From: Candidatus Nanoarchaeia archaeon
GTDB taxonomy: Archaea; Nanobdellota; Nanobdellia; Woesearchaeales; GW2011-AR9
DNA: 64,000 bases
Direction of reading: 5' to 3'
Assembly: GCA_035289385.1 (NCBI GenBank)
Contig: DATDXI010000066.1
Span: 1,548-65,547, forward strand
A program made the position numbers and the translations under genes. Below are positions 27,993 to 37,280 of the stretch, in pieces. The notes under the pieces are model-generated. The model did not search any database. It had not been told where the DNA came from and saw only the letters and a list, made by a program, of their open reading frames with translations. The first letter of the stretch is position 1, and each line of letters begins with the position of its first letter.

Positions 27993-28589
27993 CTAAAATT
28001 CAGCAAGGCTTTTCTGCCGTTTCTTGATGGATATTATTTCGCTTATCTTCAGAAAATCCTGTTTCATCTGCTCGAACAGCTCTGGATTTCGGCCAGAGTA
28101 TAAATACGATGCCGGATGAATGACTGGTATGACTTTACTACCATTCTGATAATCAAATACTTTTCCCCGGAGAGAGCTTATGCCTTTCTTTCCCAAGATA
28201 CGCTCGGTAGCAAAATTTCCGATGGTGACGATCACTTTTGGCTGCATGATTTTTAGTAATTGATCCAACCGCTCACGGCAGTTATTGACTTCTTCTGCTG
28301 TCGGATTGCGATTATCTTCCGGCCGGCAGAGAATAGTGTTGGTGATGAAGATGTCTTCTCGTGCCAAGTTGATGGTAGCGAGCAATTGGTCCAATATTTT
28401 TCCAGACATGCCGCAGAAGGGGATGCCTTTCTGGTCTTCTGATTTCCCTGGAGCTTCCCCTATCAGCAAGACATCTGCCTTTTCGTTGCCAACACCGAAA
28501 ACAACTTGTGTCCTTGACTTGCATAATTCTGGACAGCGCTGGCAATGAAGGTATTCTTGTTTCAATGCTGGAATAGATGGGGCGGCCAT
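27993..28589 (-). CDS. udg: Uracil-DNA glycosylase family 4
   Basis: CQRCPELC, IGEAPG, FITN..LCRP..NR.P, HPA; C-terminal PIP-like QKSLAEF. Confidence 0.93.
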   Translation of the reverse strand: MAAPSIPALKQEYLHCQRCPELCKSRTQVVFGVGNEKADVLLIGEAPGKSEDQKGIPFCGMSGKILDQLLATINLAREDIFITNTILCRPEDNRNPTAEEVNNCRERLDQLLKIMQPKVIVTIGNFATERILGKKGISSLRGKVFDYQNGSKVIPVIHPASYLYSGRNPELFEQMKQDFLKISEIISIKKRQKSLAEF

Positions 28590-28714
28590 ACCATGAAAAA
28601 ACAGACGGGATTTATTAAATTTGGGATGGTAAAAACAGAGGTTGATTTTAGGATGGTGAATAAGAGGAATTTCTCTGGCAAACAATTTTAAATAAACCCT
28701 CAAACAAGAGCATC

Positions 28715-29314
28715 ATGTGGCAAGAGATAAAAACTGGCAATGAACGAGTTATCGTTTATCAATTACAAGATTATTTTCCAGAAGGTGTATCTCGTGCAGG
28801 ATTTTCTTGTAGGATGTTTGGTTCTCGTGATGTTGATAATCAAACTCCAATTTGGATGCAAAGAAGCAATCCGGCAAAATTAGATGCCATCGTTGATCAT
28901 GAAGAAATAAAGTATAGGGTGGGAGTTGAGTTTTATCATAGAAATTTATTGGAGCGGGAAGCATTAGCTGAACAACAGAGGTTTCTTAGGCAGGGGTATG
29001 TTCTGGGAGAACGTCCTCCGGAAGATGATATATCCTTCACAGCTCGCAATCTGAGGGAGATCATTGACAACATCCAGCTGGCTCGTGATAGTTATTGGCT
29101 TCGCTTTCTGCCATGCCAGCGAACTCAAAGACGAGGTGCTAGAGAATCCAGAGCCGATCGCCCACTGGAGAATAAAGAGATAGAGCTTCTTCTTCCTTCC
29201 ATCAGAGCAATTATTAAAACTTTGGAAGGTGTTCCATTACGAGAGCCGTTTAGCTCTCCAGCGTATTATTTAGGATTAGTCACTTCTTTGATGGATAAGC
29301 ATGGGCTTGAATGA
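28715..29314 (+). CDS. Hypothetical protein
   Basis: 199-aa ORF with TATA upstream. Confidence 0.65.
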   Translation: MWQEIKTGNERVIVYQLQDYFPEGVSRAGFSCRMFGSRDVDNQTPIWMQRSNPAKLDAIVDHEEIKYRVGVEFYHRNLLEREALAEQQRFLRQGYVLGERPPEDDISFTARNLREIIDNIQLARDSYWLRFLPCQRTQRRGARESRADRPLENKEIELLLPSIRAIIKTLEGVPLREPFSSPAYYLGLVTSLMDKHGLE

Positions 29315-29373
29315 AAGAAGCATCAGCTTTCAAGCATTAAATTGTCCTATACCTGATTTTTTAGGATTCTCTT

Positions 29374-30084
29374 TTATGATTTTCTTAAAGAATAATCAAC
29401 TGCGCATTGGACTATTATTTCCGTAGTATCAAATAATTTCACGTCGGTATGAGTCTGGTTGATGGCTAGTGGTATCTCTGTACAGCCCATGACGATGGCT
29501 TCCGCCCCTTGGTTCACATAATCTCTGGCAATATCTTTTAACAAAATAATATCTTCCGTTTTCTGATTCCCTCCCATAACCCGTTCAATAACATGATTTA
29601 ATATTTTTTGCTGTTCACTATTTGGTGAAATTAGTTTGAGATTAGAATCAGCAAAGCGCTTTTGATACAGCTTCAGCTTGTTGGTGCTTTCAGAGGAGAA
29701 AAGCCCCACTTTTTTATATCCATATTTCAGAACTCTTTTTTTTGTTTCCTCAATGATATTAAATATAGGAACGTTAACTGCTGACTGCATCTCTGGATAA
29801 TACGAATGAACAGTGTTACAGGCGATAATGATGAGATCAGACCCAGCTGATTCTAATTTTCTTACACCATCTATCAATTGCTTTTTAACAAGCTCTTCAT
29901 CGACTATCCCCGTTTCATCAAAACCAGCGAGAGGTAAGCTATAAATAATGATCGGTGGGTAATCCACATCTTGTACGGCACCATACTTCTGTTGGGCATA
30001 TTTTATTATTTTTGCATACAGATTAGATGACGCAACAGGGCCCATGCCACCTAATACTCCTATTGTTTTCTTTTTAGTAGCCAT
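29374..30084 (-). CDS. Aspartate/glutamate racemase family protein
   Basis: IGVLGGMGP, ACNTVH and GCTEIP catalytic Cys pair. Confidence 0.93.
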   Translation of the reverse strand: MATKKKTIGVLGGMGPVASSNLYAKIIKYAQQKYGAVQDVDYPPIIIYSLPLAGFDETGIVDEELVKKQLIDGVRKLESAGSDLIIIACNTVHSYYPEMQSAVNVPIFNIIEETKKRVLKYGYKKVGLFSSESTNKLKLYQKRFADSNLKLISPNSEQQKILNHVIERVMGGNQKTEDIILLKDIARDYVNQGAEAIVMGCTEIPLAINQTHTDVKLFDTTEIIVQCAVDYSLRKS

Positions 30085-30157
30085 ATTTCTGCTATATTGT
30101 AAAGAAATTTATAAATTATCTTCTCTTAAATAAGCAAGTTAGAATATACTTTATATC

Positions 30158-31060
30158 CTACACCTTCTTAAAAGTATAACACGTTTTCTTTTCTAAGTTC
30201 CACAGCTGTTTCCAGCCGGTATCACCAACTAAGAAATCGATCTCTTTAACTCCCAGAGAAAGCGCTTTCTTGATCATCTCTGCTACAAGAACTTTACCGA
30301 GATTTTTATGAGCAAGATTATAGCCGCTATTCATGACGTAACAGACGTTCTTGTAGACAGCAGAAAAGATAACACCTTCAACCATCCCATCGATCTCTAT
30401 ATTTAGTGTCACCAGCATCTTCTTCTGATGAAGATATTTAGCAAGATTACTTACTCGCTCCCGGAAAACAGGGTCGTGGTAATCTGACTCTGTGCCGAAA
30501 CGCTCAACATTGAAGTCAAACAGCTTTTCCAGATGGTCGAGCGGTGAAAAAGAGATCTGATACTTCAGGTCCAGCATCTTTTTTAAGTCATATAATAAGT
30601 TCTTCCTATGTTTCTTGGAAAAGCCCTGCAGGTGCTGGTGGAAGTCTGTTGTCAAAAGAACGTATCGAAAATCCTGTTCAGGAAAATATTTTTTAGCTTC
30701 CGGATACATCATCAGCACTTTCTCGACAGTATCGCCGTTGAGGTCATAGAGCATCGTTCCCTGTGGAATCTTTTCAAGGAATAATGGAAATTCTTCTAAA
30801 GGGAACCAGAAGGAAAAATTTTCTACAAAGGTGCTGCCAAAAAAAGTATATCTTTTTTCATGAGGCTCATAGCTTAACGGCAGGAAGCCATTGCTGCTGT
30901 AGATAAAATAAGGCTGCGCATCTTTCTCTTGAAGGAGCAGGGCAACATCCCATAGTTCCCAAAGTTTTCCCCCTGGAGAATATTTTTTCCACAGCTTTTT
31001 TCCCAGAGCTAAGCTTTTGCTTACTTTTATCGTGTCTGCTGTTTTGGCAACCATCTTCAC
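30158..31060 (-). CDS. GNAT protein, CelD/BcsL/Fem-like
   Basis: FSKKHRKNL...NSGY...LGKVL...IDFLVGD..WKQLW. Confidence 0.8.
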   Translation of the reverse strand: MKMVAKTADTIKVSKSLALGKKLWKKYSPGGKLWELWDVALLLQEKDAQPYFIYSSNGFLPLSYEPHEKRYTFFGSTFVENFSFWFPLEEFPLFLEKIPQGTMLYDLNGDTVEKVLMMYPEAKKYFPEQDFRYVLLTTDFHQHLQGFSKKHRKNLLYDLKKMLDLKYQISFSPLDHLEKLFDFNVERFGTESDYHDPVFRERVSNLAKYLHQKKMLVTLNIEIDGMVEGVIFSAVYKNVCYVMNSGYNLAHKNLGKVLVAEMIKKALSLGVKEIDFLVGDTGWKQLWNLEKKTCYTFKKV

Positions 31061-31113
31061 CTATTGATCATCCGCTTAGAATTATCTTCGAGAATCACAC
31101 TTCTATTCCTTTT

Positions 31114-32469
31114 TCAATTCTCTCGTAGAAATCCCCACGTATGAAGCTTATCGCTGTCTTCAACCCAGCGCTCACCTATGTCATCCCTATAATACATGTG
31201 GGGGATATTGATGAGCTTGATGCGGTTATAGGCCTGCTGCCGAGCTTGAGCCATGGATTGACCACAGCCACAGACGACTAAGGCTACACCGGTGTTTCCC
31301 GTGATGATCCATTCGCCGTTCTGCAGCTTGATATCTTCAAAGTGCACTCCTTCAACCGGCTTTTTGAAATAGACGATAGAATCTTTAGACTTTACTTCAA
31401 ATGTTTCCGGGTCGTTGAAGGGGTAGGGTGGAACAACAATCCTTATTCCTACCTGAAACCCTGCTTTGACTTTCAGCTGAGGTTTTTTTCCTTGCGCTAA
31501 TTCCCATAAGAAATCTCCCATAGGCGTGATCATCCCTTCCTGCTGGATAAATACACAGGGGTAGCCGAACCTGCTCGTAAATTCTAAGGGGTAGATGCCT
31601 TTGCTGTTGACGATGCAGTTTAAGTCAATATAACCACAGTAGCCTTCCGTCGCTAGTGTCGCTTCCATCTTTTTTAGCGTCTGGTTGAATAACCTGTTGG
31701 GCTCTGACCAAAACATCGATGTTCCCATCTCTCCGGTAGAAGGCCCTAAATTTCCGGGAAGAAGTTTTTTGTGCTCAAAGTTGATGTTGATAGGGGAAAT
31801 GAACTCTTTTCCGTTAAAGAAAACTCCTACGGCTATTTCGACACCAGAAATCTTTTTCTGCAGCTGGAACTCGGGAATCTTTTTTGACCAGGCTTTGCGG
31901 TAATCGTTCATGACTTGGATGACATCACGGCCATCCTCCTCTTCGCCAATGAATAACAAGCCTTTCAAGTTTGCTGCTTCACCACATGGCTTTAAGACGT
32001 ATTTTCCAGGATGCTCCTGCACAAAAGCAATGGCTTCTTCAAAATTGTCAAATGTTTTTGAGGGCAAGATGGGTATGCCATGGCGTTTCAATTCCTGCTG
32101 GCCAAAGTCTCGGTCATCTTCCAGCCGATCAGTATATGGAGACCCTCCCACGACTAATTTTCCGGCCTTCCTCAGCTTTTCAGCTTTTTCTCCCATCCCT
32201 AAAGTATCATCAAAGACAATGACATCAGCCCAGTCTACTTCTGCTTCCCAGTCATCGATGATATCTAAGAAGCCTTGTCCAACTTCCTTCCTTTCCGGGC
32301 TTTTGATGTAGAACTTTACTTCATGGCCTTCTAATTTTATCCGCCAGGCCGTATCAGGGATAAGGCTGTCATAGGTGACAAAAAGAAATTTTTTAGGGTC
32401 TTTGGTGGTTTCGTGGTGGATATCTTCTATCACCACTTTTGCCTTTCCGTTTGTTTGCGATTCAACCAT
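31114..32469 (-). CDS. PurD-like ATP-grasp ligase (divergent N-terminus)
   Basis: LEDDRDFG, YVLKP, EHKKL..G.LGP.TGEMG, LEFTSRFG.P, YYRDDIG. Confidence 0.85.
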   Translation of the reverse strand: MVESQTNGKAKVVIEDIHHETTKDPKKFLFVTYDSLIPDTAWRIKLEGHEVKFYIKSPERKEVGQGFLDIIDDWEAEVDWADVIVFDDTLGMGEKAEKLRKAGKLVVGGSPYTDRLEDDRDFGQQELKRHGIPILPSKTFDNFEEAIAFVQEHPGKYVLKPCGEAANLKGLLFIGEEEDGRDVIQVMNDYRKAWSKKIPEFQLQKKISGVEIAVGVFFNGKEFISPININFEHKKLLPGNLGPSTGEMGTSMFWSEPNRLFNQTLKKMEATLATEGYCGYIDLNCIVNSKGIYPLEFTSRFGYPCVFIQQEGMITPMGDFLWELAQGKKPQLKVKAGFQVGIRIVVPPYPFNDPETFEVKSKDSIVYFKKPVEGVHFEDIKLQNGEWIITGNTGVALVVCGCGQSMAQARQQAYNRIKLINIPHMYYRDDIGERWVEDSDKLHTWGFLREN

Positions 32470-32563
32470 TCGATCGTTCAGTGTTGGAGTAAAGAGCTAC
32501 CATTTAAACTTTTCTAGTTCTGGAGGCGTAGTTACTTTTAGCCTTTTGAAAAATTTTCGTTGT

Positions 32564-32785
32564 TTATCTCCCTCGGCTGGTCATCTCGACGTACTTACAC
32601 TTGCCGCAGACAAACCTGTTGCTATGGTTTGCTAAGAACATTCCTGGCCCGCATTTTGGGCACGTCCTGTTTTTCCGCTGGATAGATTCCCCGGAAATAG
32701 AATATAACTGATGCAATTGCTTACTTGGTTTTTTAGATGGTGCTGCCCCCTTTTTTCCTTTATCATCTTTTTTAACTGCTGCCAT
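32564..32785 (-). CDS. rps27ae: 30S ribosomal protein S27ae
   Basis: CPKCGPGMFLANH..R..CGKC. Confidence 0.95.
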   Translation of the reverse strand: MAAVKKDDKGKKGAAPSKKPSKQLHQLYSISGESIQRKNRTCPKCGPGMFLANHSNRFVCGKCKYVEMTSRGR

Positions 32786-32807
32786 TGTTTACTGATTCCT
32801 CCTTCTC

Positions 32808-33134
32808 TTAGCTGGAAGATGCTGCCGCTTTTTCCTCAGCTGCTTTCTTTGCCGCTTCTTCAGCTTGCTTGCGGATATGTTTTGTCGATACTTCTCCTTT
32901 CTTTCTAGCTTCTGGAGAATGATACGTATAGGCTAAAAAGGAAGCCCTTTGCTCGCTGAAATGGGTAGCGATCGTCTTGATCGCCACGACGGATGGATCA
33001 ACTTTCAGCTCTTTTGCCAATAAAGAAACAACATCATTGTTGGTGGGAGTCGACCCGTCGAATTCTAATGATCCTTCTACCTTTCTGCGGTCTAATAACG
33101 GATTTTCAACCTTGCTGGTAATCGTTAATTTCAT
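32808..33134 (-). CDS. rps24e: 30S ribosomal protein S24e
   Basis: ENPLLDRR, STPT; operon context. Confidence 0.92.
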   Translation of the reverse strand: MKLTITSKVENPLLDRRKVEGSLEFDGSTPTNNDVVSLLAKELKVDPSVVAIKTIATHFSEQRASFLAYTYHSPEARKKGEVSTKHIRKQAEEAAKKAAEEKAAASSS

Positions 33135-33168
33135 AGTGGTATAACCTCATTTTGCCTTTTGGAAGGCA

Positions 33169-33357
33169 CTATCTTACTTTTATGGCGTATTCCCCTTTCG
33201 TTTTAAGATTTACTTTTTCTGCAATCAGAGAATGTTGAGCATCATGGATGAATATTCTTCCCTGCCAGCTGGTGGAGAAGCTGTCGCTGCCACAGGAGGG
33301 GCAGGCTGGTCCTTCAACGAGCATCTTACAGCGTTTGCATGATTTTTTTTTAGCCAT
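33169..33357 (-). CDS. spt4: Transcription elongation factor Spt4 (RpoE'')
   Basis: CKRC...CPSCGS...WQG...S.IA...GEYAIKVR. Confidence 0.93.
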   Translation of the reverse strand: MAKKKSCKRCKMLVEGPACPSCGSDSFSTSWQGRIFIHDAQHSLIAEKVNLKTKGEYAIKVR

Positions 33358-33376
33358 AGTAAATATTAATTATAAC

Positions 33377-33943
33377 CTATTCTGTTTTTTCCTCTTTCTT
33401 GCTTTCTTTTGGCTGCTGCTCTTCAAGCCATTCTAATTTTCCTAAGCCTTCCTGTCTCATCGTCAACCCGATACGAGGGTTATTCATATCTTTATAAGAT
33501 ACTGCGATGATCCTAGCTTTGCATTTGTCTCCTACTTTTATGCTTTGATTAGATTTTTTTCCTTGCAGCACTTTTTCTTTACTAAAGGAAACGAAATCAT
33601 CCATGCTCTGAGAGATATGAACCATCCCTTCGGTTCCGCCGATATCCATAAATGCTCCGAAATCAGTGATATCCTTGATCTTGCCGTACACTAATTCGTT
33701 GAGTTCCGGCTTGAAGGTCAATAGTTCAAATTCCGTCTCATAGAATCCTGCTCCATCCCCTGGCACGATGACTCCTTCTTTGACATCACCTACGTCAATA
33801 ACATTTACGACAAAACCCAGCTCTTTTGAGATGTACTGGTCGTAGGTAGACTTGATATTAGCGAGAACAGCTTCCTTTTTTGTCAGGTTGAACATATTAG
33901 GGGGTACACGGATAAAATCCTTGACTTTGACCTTGTAGAACAT
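33377..33943 (-). CDS. rpoE: RNA polymerase subunit Rpo7 (E')
   Basis: RVPP, PGDGA, S1 domain FGAF...HISQ, IGLTMRQ.GLGK.EW. Confidence 0.96.
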   Translation of the reverse strand: MFYKVKVKDFIRVPPNMFNLTKKEAVLANIKSTYDQYISKELGFVVNVIDVGDVKEGVIVPGDGAGFYETEFELLTFKPELNELVYGKIKDITDFGAFMDIGGTEGMVHISQSMDDFVSFSKEKVLQGKKSNQSIKVGDKCKARIIAVSYKDMNNPRIGLTMRQEGLGKLEWLEEQQPKESKKEEKTE

Positions 33944-33967
33944 TTTAAGCTTAATTTAAGCAGGGTA

Positions 33968-33975
33968 TTTATAAA
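33968..33975 (-). promoter_or_regulatory. TATA box of the rpoE operon
   Basis: TTTATAAA 24 nt before the ATG; similar spacing at many genes here suggests leaderless mRNAs. Confidence 0.7.
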
Positions 33976-33989
33976 TATTGCGGTTTGGA

Positions 33990-34173
33990 GTACGTATTTA
34001 GTTCAATAAAGAAAATAGTGGCAGGTCGGAAAATCTAGCCTGACTTTCTTGATAAGCAATGATTGAGCTTTGATTTTAAGCTAAAAGTCAGGCAACTAAA
34101 CAGGTCTTACGAAGCTCTCAATATATTTTCCCTCTTGACCTTGCCACTATTTTTAACCGAACTAAATACGTAC
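33990..34173. mobile_element. 184-bp MITE-like element, intact copy
   Basis: TIR GTACGTATTTAGTTC/GAACTAAATACGTAC; 8-bp TSD GGTTTGGA at 33982-33989 and 34174-34181. Confidence 0.92.
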
Positions 34174-34230
34174 GGTTTGGATCGCTGGGTTTCCCTTAAG
34201 CTATGGTCTTAGGAGTTATACTTGCCCGAT

Positions 34231-34728
34231 TTAACTGCTTCTTATCCCTCCCAGAATGATGCTCCTTACTATTCTCCACAGATAGTCTTGGTCTGTTTTG
34301 AGGGGATCAACATCCCAAGAGTTGAGATATTCTTCGAGATGTCTGATATGGCTTTCAAAGTTAGGGGTGGTATGGTGGGCATACTGTACTCCCATCAGCC
34401 CAGGCTTTTGCTGAAGCGCTCTTTCCATGATTGCAGGTGGGTATCTCAACCATTCTTTTTCAGTCTGTGGACGAATCCCCACCGGTTTAATATCTCCTCT
34501 TGCTAAATTATAGAATTGTGGGAGTTCATCGATCCAGTATCTCCTAAGAAATTTACCCATGGGTGTTATTCTTGGATCTGATAATGGATGCCCATGGGAA
34601 TCAAAACCATCAACTAATTCGACAAGCCTTTGGTCAGCATCTCTGTCCATCGTTCTAAATTTATAGATATCAATAGGTCTTCCATCTTCTCCTAAACATT
34701 TCTTTACATATATGATGTCCCCAACCAT
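34231..34728 (-). CDS. Bacterial-type sugar (phosphoglycosyl) transferase catalytic domain
   Basis: IYKFRTM, DPRIT.MGKFLRR..IDELPQ.YN..RGD...VG.RP, KPGL.G. Confidence 0.9.
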   Translation of the reverse strand: MVGDIIYVKKCLGEDGRPIDIYKFRTMDRDADQRLVELVDGFDSHGHPLSDPRITPMGKFLRRYWIDELPQFYNLARGDIKPVGIRPQTEKEWLRYPPAIMERALQQKPGLMGVQYAHHTTPNFESHIRHLEEYLNSWDVDPLKTDQDYLWRIVRSIILGGIRSS

Positions 34729-34784
34729 CGTATCGCCGTTCAGTTTCCGCAATCTTTATAATTCATTCCCTTCTTGCCAAAAAA

Positions 34785-35120
34785 ATGAAGCATCTTCCAG
34801 AGAAATTGGCGCTGGCAACCCTCCTTTTAGATGATGATGTGGATAATTTGCCAGCTGCCCGGAGAAACTTTCGAAGATATGGTGTTTCTATCTCTCCTGA
34901 GGAGATGGGATCGATCTGCCAGGTGGCTGCTCCTTTGTTCTTTCAGATGAAAGGTCAGGATGACCCTCTTTCTACCAATTATCAGCTGATCTTTTTGGAT
35001 ATGGCCAGATCATACTTGCAGAGGGATATCTATCTTTTTCATACTGCCTGTGAGCACTATCTTGCTGCATTCTTTGAAGAAGCTTCTGGAGAGCAGCAAG
35101 AAACAATCCACTACCACTGA
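34785..35120 (+). CDS. Hypothetical protein
   Basis: 111-aa ORF. Confidence 0.55.
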   Translation: MKHLPEKLALATLLLDDDVDNLPAARRNFRRYGVSISPEEMGSICQVAAPLFFQMKGQDDPLSTNYQLIFLDMARSYLQRDIYLFHTACEHYLAAFFEEASGEQQETIHYH

Positions 35121-35172
35121 GAATTTATTGTTCTTTCGTCTATTCTTCTGTCGACTTCACTACAACTAAAAT

Positions 35173-36111
35173 TCATTCTGCTGTTGCTCTGCTTTTCAGC
35201 CGAATCTTATTCGTATTCCCGTAAGGAACTTTTTCGATGATGCCTTTAGCTTCCAGATTCCTCAATTTTCGGGATAATTTTACTTTGGAAATGCCTGTAT
35301 GCAGAACTAACTGTTTCTGCCAAAGTTCTCCTTTCTGCAAGAGGACTTCAACAATCGCTTTCTCTTCTTCAAATAGATTTCTGGTGACGTCAGAAACATT
35401 TGGAGCGTCTTTTTTCTGGTGGCGATATTCTTTTTTATCTTCATCCTCTTTATCTTTTGTATTGTCTTTATCGTCCGCTTTTCTTTTTTTTCGTTTACCA
35501 GTAAGATAAAAAATTCCCAGAATGATGATACCCACAGCCATCATTATTCCGATCGTTTTCCAATACTCGCCGATCTCTCTTGGCGTGTTGTAAATGACTA
35601 ACAATGCCTCGCCAGCAGATACGTTCTGCCACTCTATCGACAATGATTTTCCGTCCGTGGTTATTTCTCCATGAGGAATGACCGAGCGCTGGGGAGAATT
35701 TGTACTGTATTTCAATGTTGCAGATTCAGGAAGGTGAGCAGTGATGGTATTCTCTCGCGTATTGACGTTATAATTTACGATGAAAAAAGAATCTTTTGTT
35801 TTCTCTACATATGCCTTGGTGATATATTTTATGCTGACAGTATTAAATAATGGCCCGGAGATGATGACGTTCTTATATAGATTGAGGTCAATCACTTGGA
35901 ATTCTAAACCATTTACTTCGATGGCAGTGGCATCACTTGGTAGAACTAATGTTAATTCAGAGGTGAAATAGCCTAAGTCATACTTTTCCTCAACGATGAC
36001 TTTATCTGCAACGATAGTATATTCAGCGCTGTAGCTTTCTGCATCAAGGCTGAGAACACTTGGTGATAATATAATCAGCAGGATGATAACGAGAGGCAGC
36101 CTTCTATCCAT
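35173..36111 (-). CDS. Membrane-anchored protein with C-terminal wHTH (COG2512-like)
   Basis: Signal peptide, extracellular domain, TM, then Q..LV..TGISK.KLSR.LRNLE.KGII...GNTN. Confidence 0.85.
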   Translation of the reverse strand: MDRRLPLVIILLIILSPSVLSLDAESYSAEYTIVADKVIVEEKYDLGYFTSELTLVLPSDATAIEVNGLEFQVIDLNLYKNVIISGPLFNTVSIKYITKAYVEKTKDSFFIVNYNVNTRENTITAHLPESATLKYSTNSPQRSVIPHGEITTDGKSLSIEWQNVSAGEALLVIYNTPREIGEYWKTIGIMMAVGIIILGIFYLTGKRKKRKADDKDNTKDKEDEDKKEYRHQKKDAPNVSDVTRNLFEEEKAIVEVLLQKGELWQKQLVLHTGISKVKLSRKLRNLEAKGIIEKVPYGNTNKIRLKSRATAE

Positions 36112-36163
36112 GATTCTTCTTAAGAGTGACAAACTATATTAACTTTTTGGCGGTATTTTTCAT

Positions 36164-36754
36164 TCAAGCATCTTTGCTCTTGCTGATCTCTTCTTCAACA
36201 CTCTTCCGCACATCTTCTTCTGTAGGGAAAGCTTGTTCAGGATCGTTATAAGAGCGCAGCAGCATCTTTATTTTAGCTGTCAAATAAGCAGCATCTTCCA
36301 CCGCTTCGTTACGATAGCTTGCTTCTTGAGGAAAGACATACAGCAGCTTATTGATCGCTCCTTTCAAGAAAAAGATCACAGGACTCATGCCCCAACGGCC
36401 TTCCCATTCAGTCATAAACCAGGCATCCATAAAAATAAAAACATCTCCTTGCTGGAAGCGTTTTGGTCCTCCTGGAACTTGCCGGACAACATTTTTGACA
36501 TTTTTGAAATGGATCCTCAGCTTGATCATCAAGGTAACATAATTGGTTTTTTCCTTGTAGGGGCGCAGCTCGACGTAAACATCATACCCCTCATCAGTAA
36601 CTGTATCTTCTGCTCTCTTCTCGCGCTTATGGTATTTTTTATCCTGAAGAGCTTTGTTGATTAAGTGAAACACTTCCTCGATGACAAAGTAGCCGTGATG
36701 CTCGATCTCTCGGTTATTGACAACCAGATTTCGCTCATAGTGGGTTTCTAGCAT
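36164..36754 (-). CDS. Hypothetical protein (paralog of the upstream gene)
   Basis: Shares G.F, PYK/PWK, QG and W pattern with 36765-37277. Confidence 0.8.
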   Translation of the reverse strand: MLETHYERNLVVNNREIEHHGYFVIEEVFHLINKALQDKKYHKREKRAEDTVTDEGYDVYVELRPYKEKTNYVTLMIKLRIHFKNVKNVVRQVPGGPKRFQQGDVFIFMDAWFMTEWEGRWGMSPVIFFLKGAINKLLYVFPQEASYRNEAVEDAAYLTAKIKMLLRSYNDPEQAFPTEEDVRKSVEEEISKSKDA

Positions 36755-36764
36755 TGTGCTTTCC

Positions 36765-37277
36765 TCAGGATTGGTAGGTGTACTTGAATGTATTGAGATA
36801 TGTTTTCAGCCGGCTATGGAGATCTTCCACATCTCCGGTGATCCAAGCTTCCATCTTCTGGTAATGGTCTTTGAAAAAATATTTATGGGCAACAATAGTA
36901 AAGAACCAGGTGAAGGGCTTCTTTGTCCATTGGTTATTCCTATCTGCCAAGACATAGCCGTCAAACAAGATGGTCAATTTGCCTTGGTTTAATCGTAACG
37001 TTTGCCCGTCATGCTCTACTTCCACATCTTTAACATCGATCATATTTACTTTAATGTGCATGATGATCTTATAATAGTCAGAAACACTTTTCCAGGGACG
37101 GAAGATCTGATGGATCTGCTTTCCTTCCGGGGTGACTCGCTCCATATTCATCTCTTCGTGCCAGTCCCAGTGCTTGGTGAAGAACCAGGAAGCGATGATG
37201 TTGTAGATCTCCGCAGCATTAAATAAGCCTTCATATCCCAGCTTCAAGTGGTCAACGACGAGGAATTTTTCGGACAT
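36765..37277 (-). CDS. Hypothetical protein
   Basis: 170-aa ORF, tandem paralog of 36164-36754. Confidence 0.8.
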   Translation of the reverse strand: MSEKFLVVDHLKLGYEGLFNAAEIYNIIASWFFTKHWDWHEEMNMERVTPEGKQIHQIFRPWKSVSDYYKIIMHIKVNMIDVKDVEVEHDGQTLRLNQGKLTILFDGYVLADRNNQWTKKPFTWFFTIVAHKYFFKDHYQKMEAWITGDVEDLHSRLKTYLNTFKYTYQS

Positions 37278-37280
37278 CTT

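Noticed and set aside
33990..34173. Integron attC site
   Set aside because: Lacks the RYYYAAC...GTTRRRY end arrangement, has 8-bp target duplications and is not in a cassette array
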